This document shows positions 49,970 to 61,734 of a stretch of DNA of 64,000 bases, piece after piece. This stretch comes from Octopus sinensis (Eukaryota), in the NCBI RefSeq assembly GCF_006345805.1, contig NC_043008.1, positions 72,416,001 to 72,480,000 of the forward strand. Direction: 5' to 3'. Made by a program: the position numbers and the translations under genes. Under the pieces are notes generated by a model. That model was not told the DNA's origin. It searched no databases and saw nothing but the letters and a program-made list of their open reading frames with translations. Each line of letters begins with the position of its first letter. Positions within the stretch are counted from its first letter, which is position 1.

Positions 49970-52615
49970 AGTGGACACAAAATCAGCCCCCTTTTAAAAT
50001 GAAGCAAAAAATCTGAAAATATGCCATATTAAACATATTGGATCTTTTCGGTTTGAACGGCAGTTTTTAAAAATAATTTCCACGTAACTAAACACTTTTA
50101 AACTTCGTACACTGGTAGAATGTGTTTATAAAACATCTTTTTCTCTTGGCTTTATAAAAATAAGAACGTGATCCTATTCTTAATAATTTATTTACTGACT
50201 ATATAATACATGCAGCGGCAAGACACATAGATTTGGAATGACAACACGATTTCTTTTTAAGATATATACATTATTTATTTTACATATTTTACAATCATGC
50301 TTGATGTTGGGAGTTTGTAAGTGTTCGCATGTTTTTGTGTCTGTGTGTTCGTTAGGCGTAAAAAGGTACTGACCAGTGAAATGACGATGGGATTTGATTC
50401 ACAGTTAATGTTGTTGGTATCGGCTTGGCAACAGGTAATAACAGATGGCTTAAGGTAGTTCTTAGAAGAAACTAGAACCCAAGAACAGATAATTGAATTA
50501 TCGTTTATGAGGTACACGGAGGGTAAGAGTTCCATATCAAGATGTTGCGTCTCGTAGTTGAGATTAATTGAATCACTTGTTGTGTTTATCTTTCTCTTGA
50601 TATGAATATACTTCCAGACATGTTACTGTAGCCGTTTTTCCGTGGCGAGAATTTCACCTAACCGCTATAGCTGAATCTGTAGTCGTCTTGTGTACAAATT
50701 AAATCTTCGATGTTTGGCGCTTGGTTTTCGCTGCGTCTTCATCATATGTTCTGCTTGGTTATTTTTCTCTAGTTATAGATACCCTGTAACCGTTTTTCAT
50801 GGTGATATTTCACACTAACAGTATAAGAGGTATCTGTAACATCTTGTATTAATGGTGGTCGCCTCCCTTCGGACTGGAACTTGGTCGAGTATTCTCTGTG
50901 TGGTCAGAGACTTAGCTCTTAAAAGAACTAAAAGCCTAAGACGAGCTCTGAGAAGAACTAAAAACCTAAGACGAATATTTGTTTGAGAAACCTTCTTTTA
51001 TAAGCTTTACATGGCTCCCAATGAACTTCAGAAATGGAAAGCTGTGATTGGCTGCTTGGACTATGGCGCGAAAATAAGTCGAGCCATTTTGCGCCAAGTT
51101 ATAACCAGCGGTGCGAGCGTAGTAGAGACCAACGTGTCAGCCAATCGAATTAGTGTTTACAACAATGTTGAACTAGCCAAAGCTGTTTGTAATCTCGACC
51201 GAGGTCATTCTTAATACTCTTCTCAAACAGTGAAGATAGCAATGAGAGACGATATTGCTACAGCTTTATTGAGAAAATTCTATAGTTTGTAAGATATTTG
51301 GGGTTTTTTCTTCAATTTCTGCAATTTCAACTAATCAATGACGTCTATTGAGTTGAAAACATTCTGTGCCGTATGAATATGTCCCTCGTTTAAGAAACAG
51401 ATTGCGTTTATTTACATTTGTGAAGAAAAAAAGATACCCTCCCCCACCCCTAACCCTAACCCTAAAACAGATTGAAATGCAATAGATCGATACTAGGGTC
51501 ATAATTATGGGTGACAATTTCGTATGACACCGTTAGAAAAAAATGCCGTTCAAACCGAAAAGATCCAACATATTCATTCCTTATTCATTTCAACCAAAGA
51601 ATTTATTGAGAAAAAATTGACGAAAATGTTACAGACGTTGAAAAAGCGAAACACTATTTTTAGCCAATAATAAACTTTCGTAGTAGCGAACGGTATCAAC
51701 TTTATGGTTGTGCCCTGTGTAAGGTTGTAACCTATGTGACCTGTTCATTCTAGGTTTCTAAATAAAAATAGATACCTTATGAAGTAATGATTTTATTTAT
51801 GTTTTCGTTATATTAACGTATTAGTCTGTATGTGTTTGGGTAAATTTTCACAAATGCATCCGCATTAGCAGCTATTTGGGTTAATGTTTACCATTAACCA
51901 AGGTTAAAAAGAGGCTTGCGACGAGTTTGGCGGTCAGATATGTTGAATGCACGCGAAAAATCCGAAGTTTTTCTTTTTTTTTCCTTTCTCTCCTTACTGA
52001 CAAACCTTCATTACATCCATTGCGAGTGCACCGTCAGTACAAATTCCCTCGAATCACTTTCTTAGTTATATTGTGCCTAGATTTATTTTATTATTATTTT
52101 TTTTAAGGATAACACCCTTTTTGTTTTCGAAATAATATGTAGCATCCACCTCTGTTTTCAAAATGACTTGGATGCAGCCATTCTATGCTTTTACCAACAA
52201 GTAAAAAGTTAACAAATACAGAAAAGCTTCATGAAATATATGTAAAATACTACGAAAATTCACGAAAAATACCTAAAATTAAATTCTAATTCATATAAGC
52301 AATAGGTAATGGATGATTTATAAAGTTTGCACAAAAATAACAAAATCAAAACATGTACAGAGAAACTGCGTGCAGACGAGAAAACTCAGCTCAGCGAGTC
52401 ATATGTTGCTGTGGTAACTAGTTGTTAATGCCTCGCGGTCTGTTGTTTGGCTAAAATTACACAAATTTTTCAACTTTAATTCCAGTTAGCATCAAAATCT
52501 TTAATTTACGAGATAAAGTAATTGGTTGAGTGTAATCAAAATTCCCAACTCCATCCATTGTCCAAATTTGGAAACAATCTGAGCAAAATTAAAGGGGGCT
52601 GATTTTGTGCCTCTA
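49970..52615. mobile_element. Non-autonomous TIR element hosting a nested MITE
   Basis: Perfect 19-bp inverted match CACAAAATCAGCCCCCTTT (49976-49994) / AAAGGGGGCTGATTTTGTG (52591-52609). Exact termini unresolved. Confidence 0.55.
50040..51566. mobile_element. 1527-bp MITE with perfect 23-bp TIRs and 8-bp TSD (Merlin- or hAT-type)
   Basis: TIRs GGATCTTTTCGGTTTGAACGGCA / TGCCGTTCAAACCGAAAAGATCC. TSD AACATATT at 50032-50039 and 51567-51574. The GG termini with an 8-bp TSD fit Merlin, which is an inference. Confidence 0.9.
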
Positions 52616-52829
52616 ACTAGATTCAAAAATGTTAATCCTCTCCATCATTACGATTAAAATTAACATTTTTGATATTGTTCGCTTCTATGAATTTAATTCT
52701 TTTTAAATGCTTCTGTCCATTTGCTTTATACAAGAAAAAAAAAGAAATGGGAAAATCCTGACCAAAACAGAGAAATTCTAACTTGACAAAAAATATAGGA
52801 AAAGAAAGAAAAGGTCGTTTTCGAAAGCC

Positions 52830-53551
52830 AAAAGAACCATTTGCATCACAAATTTCATCAGCCATGATACTGAAATAGTCAGCCTTCATGGCTTCATTAA
52901 TGATTTGCCTCCTGATGACCTTTGCAAGACATTCAATCAGTTGATTCTGGATAACAGGAAATAAATATGTGGCTTTCCTTGGTGCATTTTCCAGAAAGGC
53001 TGCAAAATCAGGATCATCTTTCGCTTTCCACTTAATAAAAAATTTGAAATTACTGTCTTCTTCCTTCTTCTCATAGGACCAGCTTCCAGTAAGTAAAATT
53101 CCTCTTTTTGCAAGGGAAGTAATTACATCAAGAATGCATAAAAGAGCTAATTTGTTCTTTTCAACTTGCTGAGTATATTGCTTTAGAAAAATGTTCTGTG
53201 AGCGATTTCTTTTCTTCTTGGCAAATCATCAAACATTCATTAGCCATTTCATTGCTCCTTGATGGGTTCTAACTTTCCATGATGAATTAGAGACTCTCTT
53301 TCTTGACCACAGGCATTCTTCCAATCCTGGAATGGTTTGGCTACAAATTCAGAATTGCTCATATCTTGGGCAGCAAAACAAATACACACTGAACAAAAAA
53401 CTGCATCCAGTGACTTAGAATACCTAAGCCATGGAAACTTCTCTTCCCATGTTGGAGAGTACCTTCTGTTCTGCTGATTCTTTGGGTATGTAAACTGCTT
53501 TGGTAGCTTCCACTTCTGCTGAAGAATGGTCTTGCACTCATTGTCATCCAT
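52830..53551 (-). pseudogene. hAT transposase 5' fragment with TTF-type zinc finger (ZMYM1/THAP12-like)
   Basis: Translates to WEEKFPWLRYSKSLDAVFCSVCICF...PFQDWKNA, then ATYLFPVIQNQLIECLA...YFSIMADE (first catalytic D). Frameshifted and truncated. Confidence 0.82.
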
Positions 53552-53701
53552 AGATGGTCAACTAACTAGCCCAATATCAAGTTCAGGTGAATTTTGCATT
53601 CCTTGCTCCTGAATTCCAAGGCCCCCAGTTTTTGAGATGGCTTGTGTTTGTAGTGTTGAGATGCTAAATGTCAGAGATTCATTGCTGCTGTTACTAGTTT
53701 C

Positions 53702-54200
53702 AGGTGTAGAAATATTATTTACATATATTTATTCATTTGCCCGACATGTAGTTAGAGATATAGTGATAATTGTAGTGGCAGTGAGAACAAGTTTTCTCAC
53801 TGGTCGGTAGTTGATGGTGTAGAAGTTACTGTCTGCCAGTAGAAAGAGAAAGATTAAGGAATGCACGGTGCTGACTAGAAAGGAATAAAGGGTAAAGGTG
53901 GCATTGTCTTTCTTGCTGTCAAAAGCTTCTCTTTTGTGTCAGCTATGACCAAGGAGCAACACTTTCCCTTCGCCCTTCAATTGGGAAGAAAGATAATGCC
54001 ACCTTTATCCTTTCATCCTTTCTAGTCAGCTCCAAGCATTCCTTACTCTCTTCCTCTCTACTGGCAGACAATAACTTCTACACTATCAACTACCAACCAG
54101 TGAGCAAATTTGTTGTCACTGCTACTACAGTTACTGCTGTATCTCTAATTAGATGTCAGTGCAAATGAATAAATATATGTAAATAATATTTCTTCCACCT
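53702..54200. mobile_element. Fold-back element, about 205-bp arms around a 75-bp spacer
   Basis: 53708-53912 pairs with 53987-54193 (for example AGAAATATTATTTACATATATTTATTCATTTGC and its reverse complement). Confidence 0.85.
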
Positions 54201-55614
54201 TGGTGTTGATTCTTCGATGTTTACTGGTTGCTCCAATGCGAGAACCAAAAGCAAAAAAGCGTGTAATATGCAACACAGGCAGTAAACAAAAGTGAAATAG
54301 AACAGAGTGGTGACATTTAGTAGAGATGACCCAGAAGTTGTTGCTCTTTGATCACTGTCGCAAACAGCAGTAACTTTCTTCAGCTGAATTACATCGTTGA
54401 TTGACTAAAATTACCCAAATATAACAACTTTAACTTGAAATAACTTCTGAAATACTAAATTTTGTCTAAAATGTTGAAAATAAACCGTGTTCAGCGTGAG
54501 AAATTAAACCAGTATACAAAGTTTCAAACCGTTTAGTTAAAAAAACTAATTTAAAAATCTGTGAGCGAAACTGAAGAGATCCCATCTTTGTAATTTTCCC
54601 AGTACAGTAAACCTCTCACTGTCATTTGGTGTTTGTCTTGATGATTCTGACCGGGAAATATGGAAAACATATAGAAAATGAAAAGTCCTTATGTGTTTTC
54701 TATTAAATAGATTTTCTATTAAATAAAAAATCATCCAATTAATAAAATATCAATTAACTTTGTAGGGGACTACCTAAGGAACACCCCAGTAAACTTTTCT
54801 GACATTAGGTCCAATAGTTTCAGAGAAGAAGATTAAGTAATTTGTTCAAAGAATGGTAAACAATTGTTGAATCAGCACAAGTTAAACAAACTTGATAGAA
54901 GACCAGACCAGGTACTATCATAAAAATCTGGTCCCATTTGGGCTAACAGTTTGAGAGAAGTCATTTGTAGAAAAAGTTGATGAATAAACAGACGATGGAT
55001 GGGTCAATAATAGATAAACTCTGCTGACAAAAGGCCACAGAGGAGGAACACAGTTCAGGTTTTACAGGAAACAATTTGGTTTACCCTTTTTCAGTATATT
55101 AATGATACTTACATGTTTGATGGTACACGTTTGAAATAATCACTTATTTTTGTACATTTACAAGGAGGATCCTTCCAACTATACATCCTGTTAAGTGTGA
55201 TGTTGAGCAAATGGTTGCAATAAATACACCTGTTACCATTTCAAAACCTCTATTCCTCACCCTACAGTGAGAAGTGTGATCTCACAGGCATTAAAAAATC
55301 GCTCCACCAAGCAATGGCAGGAATTCTCAGGCAAGCAGACAGTCATGTCTCAAAATAGCCCACAGCCAGATGGACAAAATACTTGGGGTCAGGGAATGTG
55401 AGAGAACATTCAATAAGTAGTCACTTTACATGCTTTAACTACCACTGTGAAATGTCATTCATCATATTAGTCTAAAACTAAATTTACTATCTAAAGTCAT
55501 TATTATTTATTGTCAAATCCTTGATAAAATCAAAATAACGCAAAAACAAATAATTTAACATCCCATGATTTTCAATAGAAGGCTCACTTTGATCATCAGT
55601 TAAGGAAAATCAGT

Positions 55615-56310
55615 CATTGCCTCGACGAGGCCCAGCCCTTGGAAGGAGCTCGGCCACTCTGTCTCCAAAAAGGCCTATGCTCGAAAGGTGCTTTTTACGT
55701 ATCACTGGCACAAGTGCCAGTTCTGTTACACCAGCATTAGCCATGACTATGATTTCCCTTGGTTTGACGAATCATCTGAAACACGGCATATTGCCAAAGG
55801 TCTCAGCCACTAGTCATTGCTTCTGTGAGGCTCAAAGTTTGAAGATCCTGCTTCACCACTTTGTCCTATATCTTCCTGGATCTATTTCTACCACAGGTTC
55901 CCTCTGCAGTTACAGATCAACAATTCTTTACAAAGCTGTCCTCATCCACATACAACACATGACCACACCAACGTAGTCATCTCTCCTGCACACCACATCT
56001 GATGCCTCTTATGCTTAGCTTTTCTCTCAAGATGCTTACACTCTGTCGAACATGCACACTGATACTGCACATCCAGCAAAGCATACTGGCTTCATTTTTT
56101 TCAAGCCTATGCATGTCCTCGGCTGTTACAGCCCATGTTTTACTGCCATGTAGCATAGCTGTTCACACAGAGGCATCATGCAATCTGCTTTCACTCTGAG
56201 AGAGAGCCTCTTTGTTGCCAGCTGAGGTAAGTGCTCTCTGAATTTTGCCCAGCTTAATCTTATTTTCGCTGCTACACTTTCAAAGCATCCACCTCTGCTA
56301 CTAATGTAAG
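55615..56310 (-). mobile_element. RTE LINE 3' fragment
   Basis: Translates to ESVAAKIRLSWAKFREHLPQL...LRWCGHVL. Same family as 61735-64000. Confidence 0.75.
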
Positions 56311-56922
56311 CTATCTACTACCTCTAGCTTACACCCTGCCAGTTAATGGAGTGTATTTTATGTACATTTTCAGTGTTTATTGTACCTCTGAATCTTCCAC
56401 ATACAAAAGCTATTTTCCCTTTTAATCATTCTCTGATATTGCTGCACATTTTATGTCTCCAAAGCGTATATATATATATATATATATATATCTTTAGACG
56501 ATGAGACTGGTAACTACTGATATCCTTTATCAAGGATATTCCTTAACTCTTCTCTGAGAAGCTGGCTTTTATATGGAAATCTTTCCTCAGTGAGATATGC
56601 ACCATATGCACTGCTTTTCTTGAAACAGCTGTAAGACATTATGCACAACTTCTTAATCCCTTATTTACTTTAACAGCTCTGCAGTTATGCTTGAATTATA
56701 AATTCCAAACTCTAAAGTGATACAACATGTTTTGTCTGTTCATTATTTCTTTTCAGTATCTCTTTATCCACTCAATGATGAACGACATAGTCATTCCTTG
56801 ATAGGAAGCTACAACACTAATTTGTCTCAGTCACAGTTCAAGTTGAAGTTTTGATTCTAAACAAACCTGTTCGCTTATTGTATATACCTATTACAAGTTA
56901 CCATTAAACACAATTTTGTCTG

Positions 56923-56958
<36 letters not shown>

Positions 56959-59900
56959 TTCCTCTAAGATCTCACATTTCTTGACGAATATATAATGTTG
57001 GAAGATACTCCATTTTTAGTTGTCTTCTGTGTTTGCCCTGCCCAATCTACACAACCAGTATTGGTTTGTTTATGCCCCTTGTAACTTAGTGAGTTATCAA
57101 AATGGAGTGATAGAATAACTATCAGTTTTTAAAACAGAAAGTTAAATACTAGGGTCAATTTTTCCCACTAAGCTTACAGGGCAGTGATCCAGCATAGCAA
57201 CAGCCCAATAACTGAAACAAGTAAAAAGAATATATTCTTCATTAAAAATTAATAGTTACTCAGTTATACGTTACTATGTTTAGCATTTTAGTTTTAAATA
57301 TTTAAATCACTATATTTCATTATGTTTGGAAGCCTTATTTAAAATACAACACATTGCTACATCGATACAATGTGATTTATGAATATAACATATTGCATCC
57401 ATATTAATCAAATTTCAACAAGTATAATTAATTTCTCAAAATAATGTACAAGTTCTGTTCCAGTCAAGTTTTAATGAAACTTATCTATTACAGTAAACTA
57501 TAATTGGCATTTTCTTTAATGTCTCAATTTAACTAATTAGCAAAATATAGAAAAAAGTTTGCTAATTTAGTGATTTTTAATGATTTGGTTACAGAAAGAT
57601 GAACATCATCTATATGTTTTCGTAAAATGTTGGATAATTTTACTAAATTCTTGAAAATTATTTTACTGTTATTGAAATAGTTTTATTGTTAAATTTCAAT
57701 GGTAAAGAAAAATATCAAATTACTTTTTGAAAAAGTGTTTGAGTTTAAATTAGTATTTAACTCATAAAAGGAATAAAATAATCACTTTAAATTCCATACT
57801 AAGACATTCAGAGACTGATTATTCTGTGTAATTCTTGGCTAAAACCAATGAAAGTGATGGATGATCAGCTGACTAATAGACAGACTGACTGATGCACCAG
57901 CCAACTAAGCAAACCACTGTGTGGCAACTACACCTGTAAGAAATAGCAGTCAGATCTATCTTAACTGCTTCCTGTCTTCTGCGAGTATGAATCAACAGTG
58001 GAGATCTCCACATGGCACTCTGACCAGCTAGAAATATTAAGTCATCCTTGAATGCTATTCTGTATGAACAAGTAATAATCTTTATGTGATATCTCAATTT
58101 CATAGTCATAGCAGCCTGATCCCTCTCAGGGGTGAACTGGGAATGTAAAACCACAATGTGTTTGACATATATATATATAAACAGCCAGTTCTTCTTCAAA
58201 CCTCTTCCTTTCCTGGGTATCACTAGGTATCTTTGCTTATATCAGATACATGTTGTCATCAATATTCAAGTTAGCAAATATATAAAAACATCTTCAAACA
58301 CAGAGCTAAAAATTTCCTTAATTTGAGCTGAAGTAGTTGAATATAGCTCTTTTGTGGGAAACAGGGAAAAAGTGTGCAAGTGATGGTCAATGCTTGATTG
58401 CATCATTATCCGTTTATGGAATATTTTGGTAATCTCTCTCTATTCATAATGTCAATCCTTACTTGAACAGAGATGACCATTGGTAAGCCTGCAAGTTACC
58501 ATTTTATCTTTTTAGCGATAACCAAGATTGGTCTCAATTTTTGGCATGAGGCCAGCAATTTCAAGGGAGGGGCTAAGTCAATAAAATTAATTTCAGTGCT
58601 CAACTGGTAATTATTTTATTGACCCTGAAAGGAAGGAAGGTAAAGTTGACCTCAGTGGAATTTGATCTCAGAATGTCAAGATGGATGAGATGCTGCAAAG
58701 CATTATGATGAGTGTGCTTACGATTCTGCCAGTTCACTGCCTCCTAAGATATCTAAGAGTAAAATGTGTAATGTATCCTTTCTGCTTTTATGATGGTACA
58801 TTATAATTTGTGATATGTTTGGTTGCTATTTCTAGCATGTTGAATGGCCATTCTTGACTCTTCTCCGAGTTGTTTGGCATTTAATATTAGTTGTAATAAA
58901 TGTGACTTGACACATTACTAATTAATGTTTATTATAGAAAAACCAAACATTAGTCAGCAGTATGTAGTTTCCTTCCCTCTCCTCTCCCTCTCCTCTCCCT
59001 CTTCCCTTCTTCATCTAATAAAACAAATATATGGAACATTACAATAAAATTCATTACAGTGGTTATAGAATTAAGATATATAGATATCTTCCTAAATAAT
59101 TCTCTTTTATATTTATTTTTCCTATTTGGTGATATAAATCTTACATTATTTCAACTTAAGCACTAAATAAAATGTGAGATCGGTGAATTATTCACCATGA
59201 CTAACATAACCATTGGTAATTCCATACTGACAGTTTGTATAAAATATAAGTATAGACTTGTCAAAAGAACTAGTTTATTGACAATATGCAAGTGAAGACA
59301 AGAAAGAACACAAGTGTCGTTGCTTTATACAATATTTACAGAGATTCTTTCATGAAACTAAGCGCCCTCGTGCTATTCCCCTTTCCTCTCAATAAATTTT
59401 CAACTCAAGTCAAAGACAATTATTAAAGGACCCCCAACATCAGTCATTTCAATTGGTTGAAAAATATAACTGGTAGATAACATTGAATATTTAGAAATAT
59501 ATTCAGCTGTTCTGCTGATAAAGAGTCAGGACTTTGGAAGAGGCACCCAAACACATAAAGTCATACCATTCAGTCTTTTACAATTAATACAAGATAAACC
59601 ATCCAGAAGCAGAACAGAGGCAGTGATCCTGTTGACCTCCATGTGTTTTGGAAATCTTCAGGGGTTTAACTGATAGGAGAAAATAAGTCCATAGACCTGA
59701 CAAGTATCAGCACTTGCTCTGTGTTATTGGTACTTCTAATTCATTGCCATTCAGAAAATTGCCATTAGCTCTTGCCAAGGCATTGATCCACTTGGCTGAA
59801 CATTTATTCTACATTGTGGACATACAGACACAAGTCCAGTGCAGGTATTGAATTGTGCTGAACAATTTATGAAAGAACTGCATGGTCTCCACTTAGATGA

Positions 59901-61419
59901 GAGAAATTACACCAAATGTAAACTTTTTATTATCCACAATTTAGATTAGGATAAAAATGGAGAAGAGATTTCTAAGAAACATATTCCATCAACGCCAAAA
60001 TTGCTTGCTCTTCAGAGCACCAATAACTGATCTTAGCATTTCAACAACTATCTTGACAAAGATATACCTGCATGCTCTTTTTGTATTCATCATGTAGAAC
60101 TCCTTCAAGATTTTTATCCTTAGAAAATGTCATTTGATATCAAAACTGATTTATCATTTAAGAAGCTATCTTTTAAATCTATTGATCTTTTAAGTGATTT
60201 TTTTTATCTGCCCATGAAACAATCCAAAATATGTAATGTTAGCTTACCAAATGACCTTATCTTGTAACAAACCTCCTTACCATTGCATTATAGTGGTTTG
60301 GGTTTCTACAGTGTTTTTGCATCTAATGAACTGCTACTTCTCGGTGTACTAACAGGAATTTTAATTCTTTTAGGGAGACAGAGGTTTCTTTACCAGAGTG
60401 AACAACTCTTAAAAAGTGGAACATAACACGTTGTTTTGATATGATCTGTTTTGAACAGTTTATCAAGTTGTAATCAACTCTCAAACTTATATTTTGCTAG
60501 TACTTATTACTTCAATTGCTTTTCAATTTTCAACTGATATTATTATTTATGTGGTCACATATAGAAGTTACATCTCTGTCACCCAACTCCTATAGATGAA
60601 GCAATTAAAAATATTAGCTAATTACTTGACCAACTCTAATTTCTGATGCTGTTACCTAATGAGAGGTAAAATTTCTCTTGGACAGGACCCAACCAATTTT
60701 TCCTTGAGCAGAAATTGAAATCCTCTATCTCTTAGTAATATTCATAAATTGTAAATGTTACAGCTGCTTAAAGAAGCCATTAACCAGTTGTTGGGTGCCT
60801 ACCTATAAATCTAGGTAAATTTGGTACAGTTAACATGGCATAGGTAATAAGTGCAGAAGTGAAAAATTGGGAAAAAATGGCACAATGAAAAAGCATTAAT
60901 CTTTAAAAAATAGCATTTTACAGTTCTTTCATTTAACTTTGTAATCAAAAGTAATTAATTTCAACTTTAAGAAATTTTAATCAAGAATTGTAAATTATGA
61001 GAATTGTTTTAATTAAATATAACGTTTTTCCCAGTTTTCCACTTGTACTAATTTTTATCTGAGTCATCCACATAAGTTCTGTTACATTTACAGTTACCAT
61101 CTACATACACCAATTAGGTGTCATGTGGTCAAATAATTAAAAAATTCACTTAACAAACATGGGGTCCATGGCATTTTTGGTAAATGTCATTTCTTGTAGC
61201 CTTGAGTTGACCCATAACCTGTGAGTAAAATCGGGTAAATGAAAACTGTAGAGAAGCCTATTGGCTGGATTGTTGCTACAGTTTAAAAAGTCCAGCCTTG
61301 TCACTCACTATTATGCTGATTCTATTGAAGAAATACATAAGTGTCTATGGAATACTCAGCCACTAACATAATTCTAAATCTGGTTATTCAAGTGAATTTT
61401 TCTAGCTAAATGAAATGAA

Positions 61420-61690
61420 GGCACGGGGCTTAGTGCTTAGGGTATTCAACTTATAATCATAATTTTGTGAGTTCCACCATACCAAAACTGACCTCACCTG
61501 TGATGGTGTCATGTAAAAAGCACTCAGCCCACTCTGTGGGATAATTGTTGTTAGGAAGGGCATCCAGCCATAAAAACCATGCCAAAACAGACACAGAAGT
61601 ATAGTTCAGTCTTCTACCTGGCCAGCTCTTGTTAAACTGTCCAATGCATGCCAGCATGAAAGGAAGATGTTAAATGATAATGATGACAAT
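61420..61690 (+). mobile_element. SINE with tRNA-like head and RTE-derived tail
   Basis: A decayed A/B-box head joined to TGTAAAAAGCAC...AGGAAGGGCATCCAGCC...TTAAATGATAATGATG, the tail of the RTE family. Confidence 0.6.
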
Positions 61691-61734
61691 GATACATAGC
61701 TATATTTATATATATTTACATATATCCATATATA

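Noticed and set aside
51448-51465. Interstitial telomere
   Set aside because: Only three CCCTAA units, located inside a MITE.
52830-53551. Domesticated ZMYM1/THAP12-like gene
   Set aside because: Frameshifts, a stop and truncation right after the first catalytic residue indicate a dead transposon.
53913-53990. Helitron helicase-like words (GCTATGACC) in the fold-back spacer
   Set aside because: No consistent reading frame matches the FAMTINKSQGQ motif.
59480-60780. Protein-like patches on the minus strand (for example IPVSTPRSSSSLDAK)
   Set aside because: There are stops in every frame and no recognisable family, so a pseudogene call is unsupported without TBLASTN.
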